A DNA stretch of 64,000 nt from an uncultured Caldisericota bacterium (lineage in GTDB: Bacteria > Caldisericota > Caldisericia > UBA6126), in NCBI GenBank assembly GCA_964427915.1, contig CAYRWA010000001.1, forward strand, positions 65,619 to 129,618, read 5' to 3'. Positions 39,859 through 50,254 of the stretch are shown in pieces; the first letter of the stretch is position 1; each line of letters opens with the position of its first letter. The notes under the pieces were generated by a model that was given only the letters and a program-made list of their open reading frames with translations, was not told the origin of the DNA and did no database searches. A program made the position numbers and the translations under genes.

Positions 39859-42800
39859 ATGAAAATAACGTTTCGATTTTTGTTGTCTTTCTTTCTTGTA
39901 TTTAACTTATTGTTTGCTTATTCTGGACCATCATCTTCACAAAACCAATTTGAGAACCAATCATTTCTAATTCATACTTCGCAAATCTCTTTTCAACAAA
40001 TGCAACCTTCCCTGAAAATTGCCATGAAGGAAGGTTGGATATCGGATTGGAAATGGTTTCCAAAAAATACAATCCTAGAAGTCACAGGAGATGAGTTACA
40101 AATAAAGGACTTATTCCAATCCATCCCCTCTCAAATTGTCCCCAATTTTACGATTCAATCTGATCCAATCATTAAGCACACCACATCAGATTCTCTTCCT
40201 CCTAAAAATTGGAATTTGGAAGACCTACACATTCAATCCATTTGGGAGCAAGGCTACACTGGTAAGGATGTTAAAATATGTATTTTAGATACTGGCTGCG
40301 ATGGATCCCATCCGAAACTGAAAGGAAAAATCAAAGACTTTGCGTTTGTCGATCGCAATGGAGTCGCCACTCTTTCTAGTACTCCCTACGATACAGATAC
40401 TCATGGGACTCACGTAGCTGGCATAGCTGCCGGTGGTAGTAAGAGTACACCCCTTGGTATCGCTCCCGATAGCGATTTATCCATTGGAGTTGTGATTCCA
40501 GGTGGAAGCGGTTCTTTTTCTCAAATTATTGGCGGCATTGAATGGGCAATGGATCCAGATGGCGACCCCGAAACAGATGATGCTCCAATTGCCATCAATT
40601 TATCACTTGGAATGCCAGGATTTGTTGATTTTTGGACGCCTGTTTTTATCAATGCGTTAAACCGTAATATCTTAATCGTTAGTTCATCTGGAAACGAAGG
40701 CAACGGAATCACAAACAGTCCAGGAAATCATCCTTACGTAGTTGGCGTTGGTTCCTACGGGTATCATCGAAAGTCTTCATCATTTTCTGCAGGAGACAGC
40801 AACATACAGTGGAACAGCACGTCCATTGCAACCGACCCTTACATCAAGCCAGATATTACAGCACCAGGTTCCATGGTGTACTCCAGTGTGCCTGGCAATT
40901 CGTATGCATACTATAGTGGCACTTCCATGTCAGCCCCTCATATTACCGGGGCTGTTGCCATATTAAAACAAGCTTTTCCCAATGCTACTGCATGGGATCT
41001 TCGAAACTTTCTTTTATGGGGTGGAGATGATCTAGGAAAAGAAGGATGGGACACTCGATACGGAAAAGGGGTCCTAAATATTGAAAAATCTCTTCAGGCA
41101 GGAGAACAATCTCACTATATCCATGGTACCATTAAGCATTACTCAGATGAATACAGTCTTTGGATTCAAGAATTGCAAAGTGGTATTTTCATTAACGCAG
41201 AAGGATCCTTTTCTTGTCACCTACTTCCAGGGCAGTATACACTACAATTACGCCATGGAAGCGATATTGTTCAAAGCCAGACCATAACAGTCACTGGGCA
41301 AAAAGAAATCCAATCCTTTGCCCTGCCCAATCCAGCAGAAATGGTTCTGGAAGGGGTTGTATTAGATCCCAATGGAAATTCTATTTCTTCCGCCAAAATT
41401 ATCCACGGTAACACAGTACTGTACACAGATCAAGAAGGTCATTTTTCCGTTTCTTTACACCAAGGAGACAACATCATTGTTCGTAAAAGTGGCTATATTG
41501 AAAAGCGCTTGCAAGCGACAAATAGAAACACATGGATAAACATCCGTTTGAAAAAAACATCCCTTCTCTTAATAGAAGGAAGCTCCCCCTATAGCACAAC
41601 CATAAACCCTCCTCAACAAGCTCTTCCTATCTATGAGAACACCTTGCATAGCTTGGACCAATCGTATGCACTGCTTCGCTGCTCAGAAGAATCCTTCACG
41701 ATTGAGGACTTACAAGGCTTTTCAAGAGTTCTTTTGTTTTACGCCAGTGGTGGCATGCAAAGCAATGAAATTCAAGCCTGTAGTACCTATTTAGACAATG
41801 GAGGAAGTCTCATTGTTAGTGGCAGAATGATTATGCTGCTTGAACAATTCTACCGAACCAATTTCCTTCTCAAATATGCAGGAGTTTACTCTAAGAAAAT
41901 GATTGCATTCCCTTCTGTGGAAGGCATTTATTCGTCCTACGAGGACATGCTGTTTCCCTTGTCAGGCCCAGGTGGTGCCAACAATCAAGAAATATGCGAT
42001 GTACTCATCAAAGATGTAAACGCTGAATGCATTCCATTCCTTCGTTATTCCTCGACGTCAGAAAAAGAGTATGCTGCCGTTATGAGCAATACCAGTGAAT
42101 ACAAATTTGCTTTTTTAGGATTTGGATTGGAAGGCATTGGCATTGAGTCTTCTAGAAAACAACTTCTCAAGCGCCTCCTTGATTGGACAGATGAGGGGGG
42201 AGAGATTACACTCAATCTACCACCAGGAAAAACCTATATCACCATGAGGCGAAATCATGAGATCCTTGAAAAAGTAACTGAAGAAACATCTCTCACGTTG
42301 GAAAATCTATTCCTAGATACCTACGTATTTGAACTTGAACGATATGGAAAGAAGAAAATTCGATTTGAATGTGACTTTACAAAAGGAAACTCCTATATCG
42401 CCAATGCCTATTTTTCTGACTCAAGTGTCCAACAAGTCGACATTTTACCTCAAAACTGCACAGCTCCCGATGCCTACCTAATGGTATATTACAAGGATAC
42501 GTTACTGCATAGTGCAAAAGTTGATCCCTCCGAAACAATCACAGAATATCTACCACAAGGTGATTATCTTTTCTGTTTATCTGCCAAAGGGTACAAAAAT
42601 CAATACTACAAAATTTCTATACAAGCACCCCAAGAAGAACCCAGAATAGCAGAAATGAACATGCAAAAGTCATCCATTCCCATTATAGTAATCGACGATT
42701 CCCCAACAGGTTGGTCTCTTTTAGATCATTACCTTCGCATTGGCGAATATGCAACCCGTTGGATTGAAACGTCTGGTATTTCTTTCCAACATTGGTCTGT

Positions 42801-43335
42801 TGAAGAAAAGGGATTCCCGTCTTTTCACGACCTGTATCCCTATGAAATAGTCATTCACATTGCCGGAAGAAATCCCTATGCTCTGTATACAGAAGATCGT
42901 CAGAAGAGCATCGGAGAATTCCTAGATAAACAAGGTAAGTACCTTATTTTATCCAATAGTGCCCACACAGTTCTTGATGAATCTGTATGGTTCTCAAAAT
43001 ACTTTGGTATTCAAACAAAATATGTTAACGTTCGGGAAAAAACTGTAGTTGGCATCCCTGGTACTGTTACTGAATCAATGTATTTCGACCTTTACAACTC
43101 CTTAGAACAAGATGGTTTGTATATTACATTTCCTGAATTTGAACCAACTAGTCCTTATGCAAAACCTCTTTTCCAATACGCCAGTCAGAAATTCTGTTCT
43201 AGCTACTTTGATAATGGTACATACCGAGCAATCTATCTCCCCTTTGGTCTTGATAATCTTACCAACTCAGATATACGCATAAAACTGATTCAAATGACAA
43301 AAAAACTAGTAGAAACTGGAGAGTATTCGGAATAA
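39859..43335 (+). CDS. Secreted subtilisin-like serine protease (S8) with a ~750-aa C-terminal extension
   Basis: Signal peptide after MKITFRF, with an RBS (gaggtgg). Catalytic triad contexts ILDTGCD, HGTHVAG and GTSMSAPH. A carboxypeptidase-regulatory-like segment (LEGVVLDPNGNSI...DQEGHFSV) follows. Confidence 0.9.
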   Translation: MKITFRFLLSFFLVFNLLFAYSGPSSSQNQFENQSFLIHTSQISFQQMQPSLKIAMKEGWISDWKWFPKNTILEVTGDELQIKDLFQSIPSQIVPNFTIQSDPIIKHTTSDSLPPKNWNLEDLHIQSIWEQGYTGKDVKICILDTGCDGSHPKLKGKIKDFAFVDRNGVATLSSTPYDTDTHGTHVAGIAAGGSKSTPLGIAPDSDLSIGVVIPGGSGSFSQIIGGIEWAMDPDGDPETDDAPIAINLSLGMPGFVDFWTPVFINALNRNILIVSSSGNEGNGITNSPGNHPYVVGVGSYGYHRKSSSFSAGDSNIQWNSTSIATDPYIKPDITAPGSMVYSSVPGNSYAYYSGTSMSAPHITGAVAILKQAFPNATAWDLRNFLLWGGDDLGKEGWDTRYGKGVLNIEKSLQAGEQSHYIHGTIKHYSDEYSLWIQELQSGIFINAEGSFSCHLLPGQYTLQLRHGSDIVQSQTITVTGQKEIQSFALPNPAEMVLEGVVLDPNGNSISSAKIIHGNTVLYTDQEGHFSVSLHQGDNIIVRKSGYIEKRLQATNRNTWINIRLKKTSLLLIEGSSPYSTTINPPQQALPIYENTLHSLDQSYALLRCSEESFTIEDLQGFSRVLLFYASGGMQSNEIQACSTYLDNGGSLIVSGRMIMLLEQFYRTNFLLKYAGVYSKKMIAFPSVEGIYSSYEDMLFPLSGPGGANNQEICDVLIKDVNAECIPFLRYSSTSEKEYAAVMSNTSEYKFAFLGFGLEGIGIESSRKQLLKRLLDWTDEGGEITLNLPPGKTYITMRRNHEILEKVTEETSLTLENLFLDTYVFELERYGKKKIRFECDFTKGNSYIANAYFSDSSVQQVDILPQNCTAPDAYLMVYYKDTLLHSAKVDPSETITEYLPQGDYLFCLSAKGYKNQYYKISIQAPQEEPRIAEMNMQKSSIPIIVIDDSPTGWSLLDHYLRIGEYATRWIETSGISFQHWSVEEKGFPSFHDLYPYEIVIHIAGRNPYALYTEDRQKSIGEFLDKQGKYLILSNSAHTVLDESVWFSKYFGIQTKYVNVREKTVVGIPGTVTESMYFDLYNSLEQDGLYITFPEFEPTSPYAKPLFQYASQKFCSSYFDNGTYRAIYLPFGLDNLTNSDIRIKLIQMTKKLVETGEYSE

Positions 43336-43752
43336 ATGAATGAAAAACGTCCTGAACCCGAAGATGCACTAGTTGAAAACAACCAAACCGAAGATCCGTT
43401 TATTGTCTATGCTCAACTGGCAATAAAAAAACTCCCTAAGGATCTGCGAGACAAAATGGTTAATGTGTCGATTCTGGTTCAGGATGAACCTGATGCGTAT
43501 CAGCAAAAAAACCACGATGCAGAACATGGGCTCATTCTTGGTCTATACGAGGGGATCCCTAACCCAGGGAAAGCATTCTTTTACAACTTCTGCCTTCCTG
43601 ACAAGATAACACTTTTTCGTAACAATATTTTAAAAATTGCTGCTTGGAAACAGAAAAATTTGAGTGACCTTATTGCAGAAGTAGTCTACCACGAAATTGG
43701 ACATCATTTCGGATTCAACGAAGAAGACTTAGAATCCTTCAAAACAGTATAG
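43336..43752 (+). CDS. Small zincin-like metallopeptidase-family protein (DUF1025-like)
   Basis: C-terminal [17 protein letters not shown] (HExxH). About 138 aa. Confidence 0.7.
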   Translation: MNEKRPEPEDALVENNQTEDPFIVYAQLAIKKLPKDLRDKMVNVSILVQDEPDAYQQKNHDAEHGLILGLYEGIPNPGKAFFYNFCLPDKITLFRNNILKIAAWKQKNLSDLIAEVVYHEIGHHFGFNEEDLESFKTV

Positions 43753-46241
43753 GAATATTCCTCGTTGGCATGATCAACAACAAGAGTATTCCCCTTGCTC
43801 AAATGGTTCTGTACATAATACAAGGATACAACATCCGCTACTCTTTTTTGCAACACTCTTTTTAAAGGTCTCGCACCAAACTCCTTGCTATATCCTTCTT
43901 CCACAATATGTTTTTTTGCTTCCGCCGTGAGTTCCAATTGGATTTGAATCTGTTGCAAATCTTCTTGCATCCTATACAGAAGAATGTCGACAATGGCTAG
44001 TAGCTGGTCTTGCGATAACGTATTAAAAACAATCACTTCATCTAATCTATTAAGCAATTCAGGTCGAAAATAATTCTTCAGCTTTTCGAACAAAGATGAG
44101 GACAATTGTTCTCCCAGGAAAATATCGTGCTCGTTGGTAGCTTTATCCTCATCCGTAAAACCAAGCTGTAGAATCCCTTCAGCAGAATGATGAACAATAT
44201 TGGAAGTCAAGACCACAATACAGTTGGATGCATCAACGGTTGTCCCCTTTGCATCCGTGAGTCTACCTTCGTCAAACAGCTGTAGCCAGATATTAAAAAT
44301 ATCAGGATGAGCCTTTTCTATTTCATCGAACAAAAGGATGGAATATGGCTTCTTTTTTACCATTTCTGTTAGCTGCCCTCCCTCTTCGTATCCAATATAC
44401 CCAGGAGGGGCTCCAATTAAGCGAGAAACCGTATGTTTCTCCATGTATTCACTCATATCAAAACGTATCATGTGTTTGCGAGATCCAAAGAGATATTCTG
44501 CCAAAACTCTAGCAGTTTCAGTTTTCCCTACACCTGTTGGACCCAAAAAAAGGAAAACCCCCATTGGTTTATGAGAATCTTTGATCCCGATTCGTGATCG
44601 GCGCAAAGCATTGGCTAAAGTATGAACAGCCAACTTCTGACCCACAATCTTTTTCTCTAAATCTTGCTCAATATGGATGAGTTTTTCTTTTTCAGACTCT
44701 ACTAGCTGTCCCAGCGGTATTCCTGTCCACTGCGATACAACATGCGCTACATCGTCTTTAGACACAGTGTATTTTTTGGCATCCTTTTTCCAATCCTTCA
44801 TTTCCTTCTCAAAAGCTTCATGCGCCACAAGGTATTCTTCTTGGTATTCTTTGGGAATAACTTTTTTTTCAGATCTCACCGACCTTACCTTAATTTGTAT
44901 TTTTGCACACTGATTCTTGGCTTCCATTAACGAATCTGGAGGAATCTGATGAATGTAACAATAATAAGCACAAGCTTCATCTAACAAATCAATCGCCTGA
45001 TCTGGTTGGTATCTTCCCGATATATACTTCGTAGATAAAGCCACAGCAGATTGAATCGCTTCGTCAGAAATATGTACAAAATGATGCTTTTCAAAGGAAG
45101 GGCGAACCCCTTGTAAAATTCTAAATGTTTCATCTGGTGATGGTTCTTCGATGTAGACTGGTTGAAATCTTCGCAAAAAGGAATGCTCAGATTCAACTCG
45201 TTTCTGATACGATTGTGTATCACAAGTACCAATAATACGAATCCTTTGGTTTTGAAAGTGTGATTGCAAATAGCCCATCAACGAAGTTCCATTGTCTGAC
45301 TTGGTTTGACGGGTTAAAAATTGTATTTCATCAATGAACAAAATGACATTCCCCTGTTTTTCCAAGTAGGTAAAGAGAGCTTGTACCTTATGCTCCATAT
45401 CACCTCGGTATTTCGTACCAGACATAAAAGAACAAACATCAAGTTTCACAATGCGTTGGTTACGAAAGGCACCGGGTACTTTTTGATGCACAATTCGCTG
45501 GGCCAAAGACTCGACGATAACTGTTTTCCCAACACCTGGATCACCAATAATTAAGGGGTTGTTTTTTTTCTTACGGGAAAGAATCTGTAATATTCGATCA
45601 ATCTCATTTTCACGGCCAATCACAATCTCTAATTCCCCTTTTTCAGCCTGCCTAGTAATATCAACTAGTGAGTAATCGGGGGAAGAAGAGGGTTGGGAAC
45701 CTTCCTCTGAAGACTCGGAAAGCGAATTCGGAAAAGATAAAAAAATGGAATCTAAGGAAGGATCTTTAGATAATGATTGGGTCGAAGGCAAACTCTTTCG
45801 AAAATGAATGTTTCGCAAAAGTTGATCGGGCTGCACGCCACATTCTCGCACAATAGTACGTACAGAGGTATCCGCCTTCATCAAACATGCAAGGAGCACT
45901 TCTGTGTCAATTTGTCCTCGAAATTCCTCTTGACTCTTGCGAGCTGCATTTTCTAAGATATCCTTCACTTCCGTAGAAAGACCAATTTCAGAATCGTTTT
46001 TTGTTGAAGAAGAACCAGATTCTCGTTGATCCTTTTCTTGAATCATTTGAAGCAAAATATCCAAGAACTTATCAATTTCTACAGAAGCAGCAATGAACTC
46101 ATTAGAAATATCTTCATCAGATCGAATCAATCCAACACATAAATGCTCTGGATACAAAAAGCGACTGCTCCCGCTTCTTGCTTCTCTTCTGGCAATAGAT
46201 ATAGATCGTTTAGCCCGTCGGGAAAGAATATCCCAGTTCAT
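43704..46241 (-). CDS. clpC: ClpC-like AAA+ unfoldase (class I Clp ATPase)
   Basis: Clp_N, D1 [14 protein letters not shown], a short middle coiled coil, D2 GPTGVGKTE, and a QLGF loop consistent with ClpP docking. Confidence 0.85.
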   Translation of the reverse strand: MNWDILSRRAKRSISIARREARSGSSRFLYPEHLCVGLIRSDEDISNEFIAASVEIDKFLDILLQMIQEKDQRESGSSSTKNDSEIGLSTEVKDILENAARKSQEEFRGQIDTEVLLACLMKADTSVRTIVRECGVQPDQLLRNIHFRKSLPSTQSLSKDPSLDSIFLSFPNSLSESSEEGSQPSSSPDYSLVDITRQAEKGELEIVIGRENEIDRILQILSRKKKNNPLIIGDPGVGKTVIVESLAQRIVHQKVPGAFRNQRIVKLDVCSFMSGTKYRGDMEHKVQALFTYLEKQGNVILFIDEIQFLTRQTKSDNGTSLMGYLQSHFQNQRIRIIGTCDTQSYQKRVESEHSFLRRFQPVYIEEPSPDETFRILQGVRPSFEKHHFVHISDEAIQSAVALSTKYISGRYQPDQAIDLLDEACAYYCYIHQIPPDSLMEAKNQCAKIQIKVRSVRSEKKVIPKEYQEEYLVAHEAFEKEMKDWKKDAKKYTVSKDDVAHVVSQWTGIPLGQLVESEKEKLIHIEQDLEKKIVGQKLAVHTLANALRRSRIGIKDSHKPMGVFLFLGPTGVGKTETARVLAEYLFGSRKHMIRFDMSEYMEKHTVSRLIGAPPGYIGYEEGGQLTEMVKKKPYSILLFDEIEKAHPDIFNIWLQLFDEGRLTDAKGTTVDASNCIVVLTSNIVHHSAEGILQLGFTDEDKATNEHDIFLGEQLSSSLFEKLKNYFRPELLNRLDEVIVFNTLSQDQLLAIVDILLYRMQEDLQQIQIQLELTAEAKKHIVEEGYSKEFGARPLKRVLQKRVADVVSLYYVQNHLSKGNTLVVDHANEEYSYTVLKDSKSSSLNPK

Positions 46242-46891
46242 TATCCGTTCTTTCTGACTTCCTCTAGAACAGCATTTACGCGTTGTGTCATGTCTTCCTT
46301 ATACCCACTTTGATAATATACAGCTTCCCCAGTAGGTGACACTAGAAGATAGAAGGGAATTCCCCGTACTCCAAACATTTGATTAATCTGCCCGTCTTTA
46401 TCCAGCACCAATGGATATTCAGGACCATTTGGGTAATGGGCTCGTATCTCCTGTTCGGTTTCTTGAACATCAATGGCAAGTACCGTGAAGTCGGTTTTGT
46501 TTTGGTCCATTAATTCTAATATTTGTGGTTTCTGGGTTTCGCACCACCTGCACCAAGTAGCGGTAAAGTCTAGTAGCACAAATTTTCCCTTAAAATCAGA
46601 CAGAGAAACGCTATTTTGATCCAAATCTGGAAGAGTGAAGTCGGGTACTTCTTGTCGATTTTCTTTGGGAATAAATTCTACAGGTAGATTGGCAGCAACT
46701 TTGGAGTCTACAAAACGATCTGGTTGTGAAGGCTGATTCACAGGACTGTTAGTTGTTGTATCAGGCGTAGTAGGAGATCCTGTATCAATAGAGCTGTTTG
46801 AAAACTGCACTATAAGGAAAATCGCTACGGCAAATAGTAAAATTAATAGCACTACCCATAGAAGAGTAAAACTTTTGTTATCTTTCTTCAT
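46241..46891 (-). CDS. Membrane-anchored TlpA/ResA-like thiol-disulfide oxidoreductase
   Basis: N-terminal TM helix, a Pro/Thr linker, and a thioredoxin fold with FTATWCRWC (CxxC). Confidence 0.8.
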   Translation of the reverse strand: MKKDNKSFTLLWVVLLILLFAVAIFLIVQFSNSSIDTGSPTTPDTTTNSPVNQPSQPDRFVDSKVAANLPVEFIPKENRQEVPDFTLPDLDQNSVSLSDFKGKFVLLDFTATWCRWCETQKPQILELMDQNKTDFTVLAIDVQETEQEIRAHYPNGPEYPLVLDKDGQINQMFGVRGIPFYLLVSPTGEAVYYQSGYKEDMTQRVNAVLEEVRKNG

Positions 46892-47013
46892 GTCACACCT
46901 TTCGGGTTACAGGATAAACATTACATTGCAACACAATGGAACAAATTTTCCATCTCGTACCTTATTTTTGTATAATATTGTAACGATTTTCCTACTCTAC
47001 AAAAGAGGTATTT

Positions 47014-47523
47014 ATGAAAATGATTTGGGCCACCTGGCGTAAAAACTACATACAGAAAAAAACAATACTTGAGTCTGAATGTGTGTTTTGCTCGATCGCC
47101 AAAGAAGCCAACAAGGATGCTGAAAACCTGGTTCTTTATCGAGGCTTATACAACTTTGTTTTAATGAATCTTTACCCGTATACGTCTGGCCATATTCTTA
47201 TTGTACCATTCCGACATGTTGCAGACTATCGGGACTTGGATGAAAATGAATTAACAGAAATGTGTTTGTTGGAACAAAAAATTATTACATGGCTGGAAAA
47301 AGCATTCCACCCACAAGGGTACAATTTGGGTGTGAACTTATGCCGCGTTGCCGGTGCTGGAATCGATTCACATCTTCACCGCCATGTAGTCCCTCGATGG
47401 AAAGGGGATTCCAATTTTATGACAACCATTGGTGAGGTTAGGGTCATGTCAATATCACTCCAAGATGCCTACCAACAACTCTTAAAGCAAATTCAGGAGG
47501 AACCGTATGAAAAAACAGACTAG
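47014..47523 (+). CDS. HIT-family nucleotide hydrolase/phosphorylase (Ap4A-phosphorylase-like subgroup)
   Basis: Histidine triad DSHLHRHVVPRWKGDSNFM and an N-terminal CVFC. Confidence 0.85.
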   Translation: MKMIWATWRKNYIQKKTILESECVFCSIAKEANKDAENLVLYRGLYNFVLMNLYPYTSGHILIVPFRHVADYRDLDENELTEMCLLEQKIITWLEKAFHPQGYNLGVNLCRVAGAGIDSHLHRHVVPRWKGDSNFMTTIGEVRVMSISLQDAYQQLLKQIQEEPYEKTD

Positions 47524-48046
47524 CCTTCTGCTTATCTCTTTTCTACTTTTTTCACTTTCCTTTTCTTCGTGTACAAAACAAGAACCATCGTCATGGAAAA
47601 CGTACACCAATCCATATTTCTCTTTTCAGTATCCCCCCGATTGGACCCTAGAAAAAGAAGAAACCAACCTTACCATTATTGGACCTGAAGTCCATGGATA
47701 CTTCGTAAACCTAAAAGTAGACTACAATGAAGCTGTTGCTCTTTCTTTAGAAGACTTTACCTCGACGGTGGAATCACAAAACCAAGTTGAACTTCTCCCC
47801 GATTATATCGATGGTGGCGTAAAAAACATCGTCGTTAACAACAAGGAAGGAATCCAACGATCTCTGCAAACATCTGTGACAACAGATAACAAAAAACAGA
47901 CTTTGTTTGTAACCCTCACGTATTTTGTCATTGAGCCTTCCACAGGAATTGTTATTACAACGGAGTGTCCAGTAGAATCCTATACATCGTACAAAAAAAC
48001 ATTTGATACCATACAGAATTCATTCCAGTTTGGAGACAAATCATGA
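47507..48046 (+). CDS. Lipoprotein of unknown function
   Basis: Lipobox SFSSC. The motif NPYFSFQYPPDWT is shared with the protein at 25525. Confidence 0.6.
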   Translation: MKKQTSLLLISFLLFSLSFSSCTKQEPSSWKTYTNPYFSFQYPPDWTLEKEETNLTIIGPEVHGYFVNLKVDYNEAVALSLEDFTSTVESQNQVELLPDYIDGGVKNIVVNNKEGIQRSLQTSVTTDNKKQTLFVTLTYFVIEPSTGIVITTECPVESYTSYKKTFDTIQNSFQFGDKS

Positions 48047-49269
48047 AAAAAATCCTTATCTTCTTTGTATTCTTTTTCTTACTCATTCAGTGCGTTCCAC
48101 TTTTTGCATCCCAACAAATTGGTTCCAATGAAAGAAACTACGTCTATGTTAAAAATCCTTCTGGCAAAAAAATACGAATCTTTGAAAGTGGAGGTAACTA
48201 CTTTCAAGACTTCCCTCTTCCATCTGGTATTGCTGTAACCAAAATGGGTGTTTGTCCTTGTGGAGGTTTTATCCTTGCTTGGGATGAAGCAAAGCAAAAA
48301 TTACATCATATTGATGATGAGACAGGCTCTATTGAATGGACCATACCCGTCCAATTCAAAATTGGGGCGATCACTATTTCCAAGCACAAGACACGCTATG
48401 CTGGAATTGTCAATGCCTCCGATCAGTCCATTTCGCTCTACTCGGAAAAAGGAAATTTCATTCGAACAATTCCAAGCGATGGCCGATGGAAAGAAGCAAC
48501 TGATATTTATCTAGACGACTGGAATCATCTATGGGTCCTTGATAAAGTAGGGAAAAAGGTCTATCTTCTTAGAGAAAAAGGCAATGTTATAAAAGAAACT
48601 TCTGCATCCTCCTCTCTTGCCCTTCACAACATGGTATCTTTAAGTTCAGACCGAGCTGGCTATATGTATATTTTAAATACAAACAATACCATTCACATTT
48701 TTGATCGAACTGGAGTGTATCAACAGACTTTTTCTGTTAAAAACCCTCCTGACAGCTCTGCTGCCATTACCCTAGACCCATCTCTAAACTACATCTATCT
48801 GCTCCATACTGGTGGTTCGTTTAGTCGAATCGACAAAAAGGGCATCATTCAATACACTGTTCATCATCCATTTCAAGTAGACAAAAAGGACATCATTCAG
48901 TTGCAGATAGGAAGCCGGTTGCTTATTCACTACGGATCCATGCCCAAAGTTTTAGATTTTGCTCCCTTTATTGACAGCACCACAGGAAGAACATACGTAC
49001 CAATTCGTGCCATAACGGAATCGTTTGGTGCAAATGTTACGTGGAATAGTAAAACACAAGCGGTTATTATTGAGCTCGATAGCACAAAGATTGAGCTTCA
49101 AATTGGAAGCAACACAGCTAAGGTGAACGGGAAAAACCTTTCTTTAGAAGCCCCACCTACAATTGTAGAAAACAGAACATTTGTACCCCTTCGTTTTATA
49201 TCTGAATCTCTTGGAGCAGCTGTGCAGTGGTTCCCAGAAGACAGGATGATCAAAATCGTCCGATCCTGA
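48043..49269 (+). CDS. Secreted beta-propeller-like (NHL-like repeat) protein with a C-terminal copper-amine-oxidase-N-like double repeat
   Basis: Signal peptide. Repeated ~45-aa units (e.g. IYLDDWNHLWVLDKVGKKVYLL, MYILNTNNTIHIFDRTG). C-terminal GRTYVPIRAITESFGANVTW and NRTFVPLRFISESLGAAVQW. Confidence 0.7.
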   Translation: MKKILIFFVFFFLLIQCVPLFASQQIGSNERNYVYVKNPSGKKIRIFESGGNYFQDFPLPSGIAVTKMGVCPCGGFILAWDEAKQKLHHIDDETGSIEWTIPVQFKIGAITISKHKTRYAGIVNASDQSISLYSEKGNFIRTIPSDGRWKEATDIYLDDWNHLWVLDKVGKKVYLLREKGNVIKETSASSSLALHNMVSLSSDRAGYMYILNTNNTIHIFDRTGVYQQTFSVKNPPDSSAAITLDPSLNYIYLLHTGGSFSRIDKKGIIQYTVHHPFQVDKKDIIQLQIGSRLLIHYGSMPKVLDFAPFIDSTTGRTYVPIRAITESFGANVTWNSKTQAVIIELDSTKIELQIGSNTAKVNGKNLSLEAPPTIVENRTFVPLRFISESLGAAVQWFPEDRMIKIVRS

Positions 49270-49288
49270 GATAGCTCAAGCCTTTCCG

Positions 49289-50191
49289 TTACTTTGTGAT
49301 GACGGGAGGAAAAATGGACTCAATTTCGTTGTACGATTCTATGTGAATAATAACATATTGATACTGGCTTTTTTGAGGATGATACGAGATGAGCTTCTTT
49401 ATATTCCCCCGGAAAGGGCCTTCTTCGATAATATACGCTGTCATATTCCTGGTAAAACCTGATTCTTCTTCTTTGTATTCTATTTCAAACACGCGGGTTT
49501 TGATGTCATCTATAACTACCGTTTCTTCTAGATCGGTATAGGCAATACTCAAATCTTTATAAAACGTATCGATAATCATCATCTCGTCTTGGAAGGCTAA
49601 GTCAAACCGTATCAAAGAATCCCCTGGATCAATGGTCTCGTTCCAGTTGCCATAAGAATCTAACGACCATCCTGTCATGCCAATTTGAACAATTTCTATG
49701 GGAGATTTTTTTTGATCTAGGCCTATCTCATATCCCTTAATGTGTACAGATAGTTCCATAGGTATTGATTCCACCACAGCAGACTGCAGAATCTCCTCTT
49801 CAGAATTTCCAATTTCAATTCGATACACCAGCGAATAAGGCTCTTCGATCTCGCTTTCCAAAAACCCTAAAGGGTGTATGGATTCAAGGAAAAAATCTCG
49901 ATGATTCATGCCTTTGTCTAGCAAAACATCATCTTGAAAAAAATTCCATCTCTTTCCTCCCTCAATTTCTACATGAACCGGGCTGGTATTGATACCATCA
50001 ACAGAGTAAGCTCCTTTTTGATTGGTGGTAGTTTGTATAGAAGAATTGAAGACAATGGGGATATTGGGTAAGGGCTCTCCAGAATAATTTTCATATACAT
50101 ATCCTTGTATTTGATACGAAGAAGAGCACCCCATACAAACAGAAAAAAACAATAGCAAAAGTAGCAACGTAGAAAAAACTTTCTTGCCCAA
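49289..50191 (-). CDS. Lipoprotein with an N-terminal carboxypeptidase-regulatory-like beta-sandwich
   Basis: TTG start with a GAGGT RBS 7 nt upstream. Lipobox VCMGC. IQGYVYENYSGEPLPNIPIVF pattern. Confidence 0.6.
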   Translation of the reverse strand: MGKKVFSTLLLLLLFFSVCMGCSSSYQIQGYVYENYSGEPLPNIPIVFNSSIQTTTNQKGAYSVDGINTSPVHVEIEGGKRWNFFQDDVLLDKGMNHRDFFLESIHPLGFLESEIEEPYSLVYRIEIGNSEEEILQSAVVESIPMELSVHIKGYEIGLDQKKSPIEIVQIGMTGWSLDSYGNWNETIDPGDSLIRFDLAFQDEMMIIDTFYKDLSIAYTDLEETVVIDDIKTRVFEIEYKEEESGFTRNMTAYIIEEGPFRGNIKKLISYHPQKSQYQYVIIHIESYNEIESIFPPVITK

Positions 50192-50213
50192 AGTATTACC
50201 TCGTTTTTATTCC

Positions 50214-50241
50214 ATTGTATACGAGCGATCCCAGATGTCAA
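50214..50241 (-). promoter_or_regulatory. Putative strong sigma70-type promoter for the lipoprotein gene at 50191
   Basis: On the minus strand: TTGACA (50241-50236), a 16-nt spacer, TACAAT (50219-50214). Confidence 0.5.
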
Positions 50242-50254
50242 TATACTATATGGG

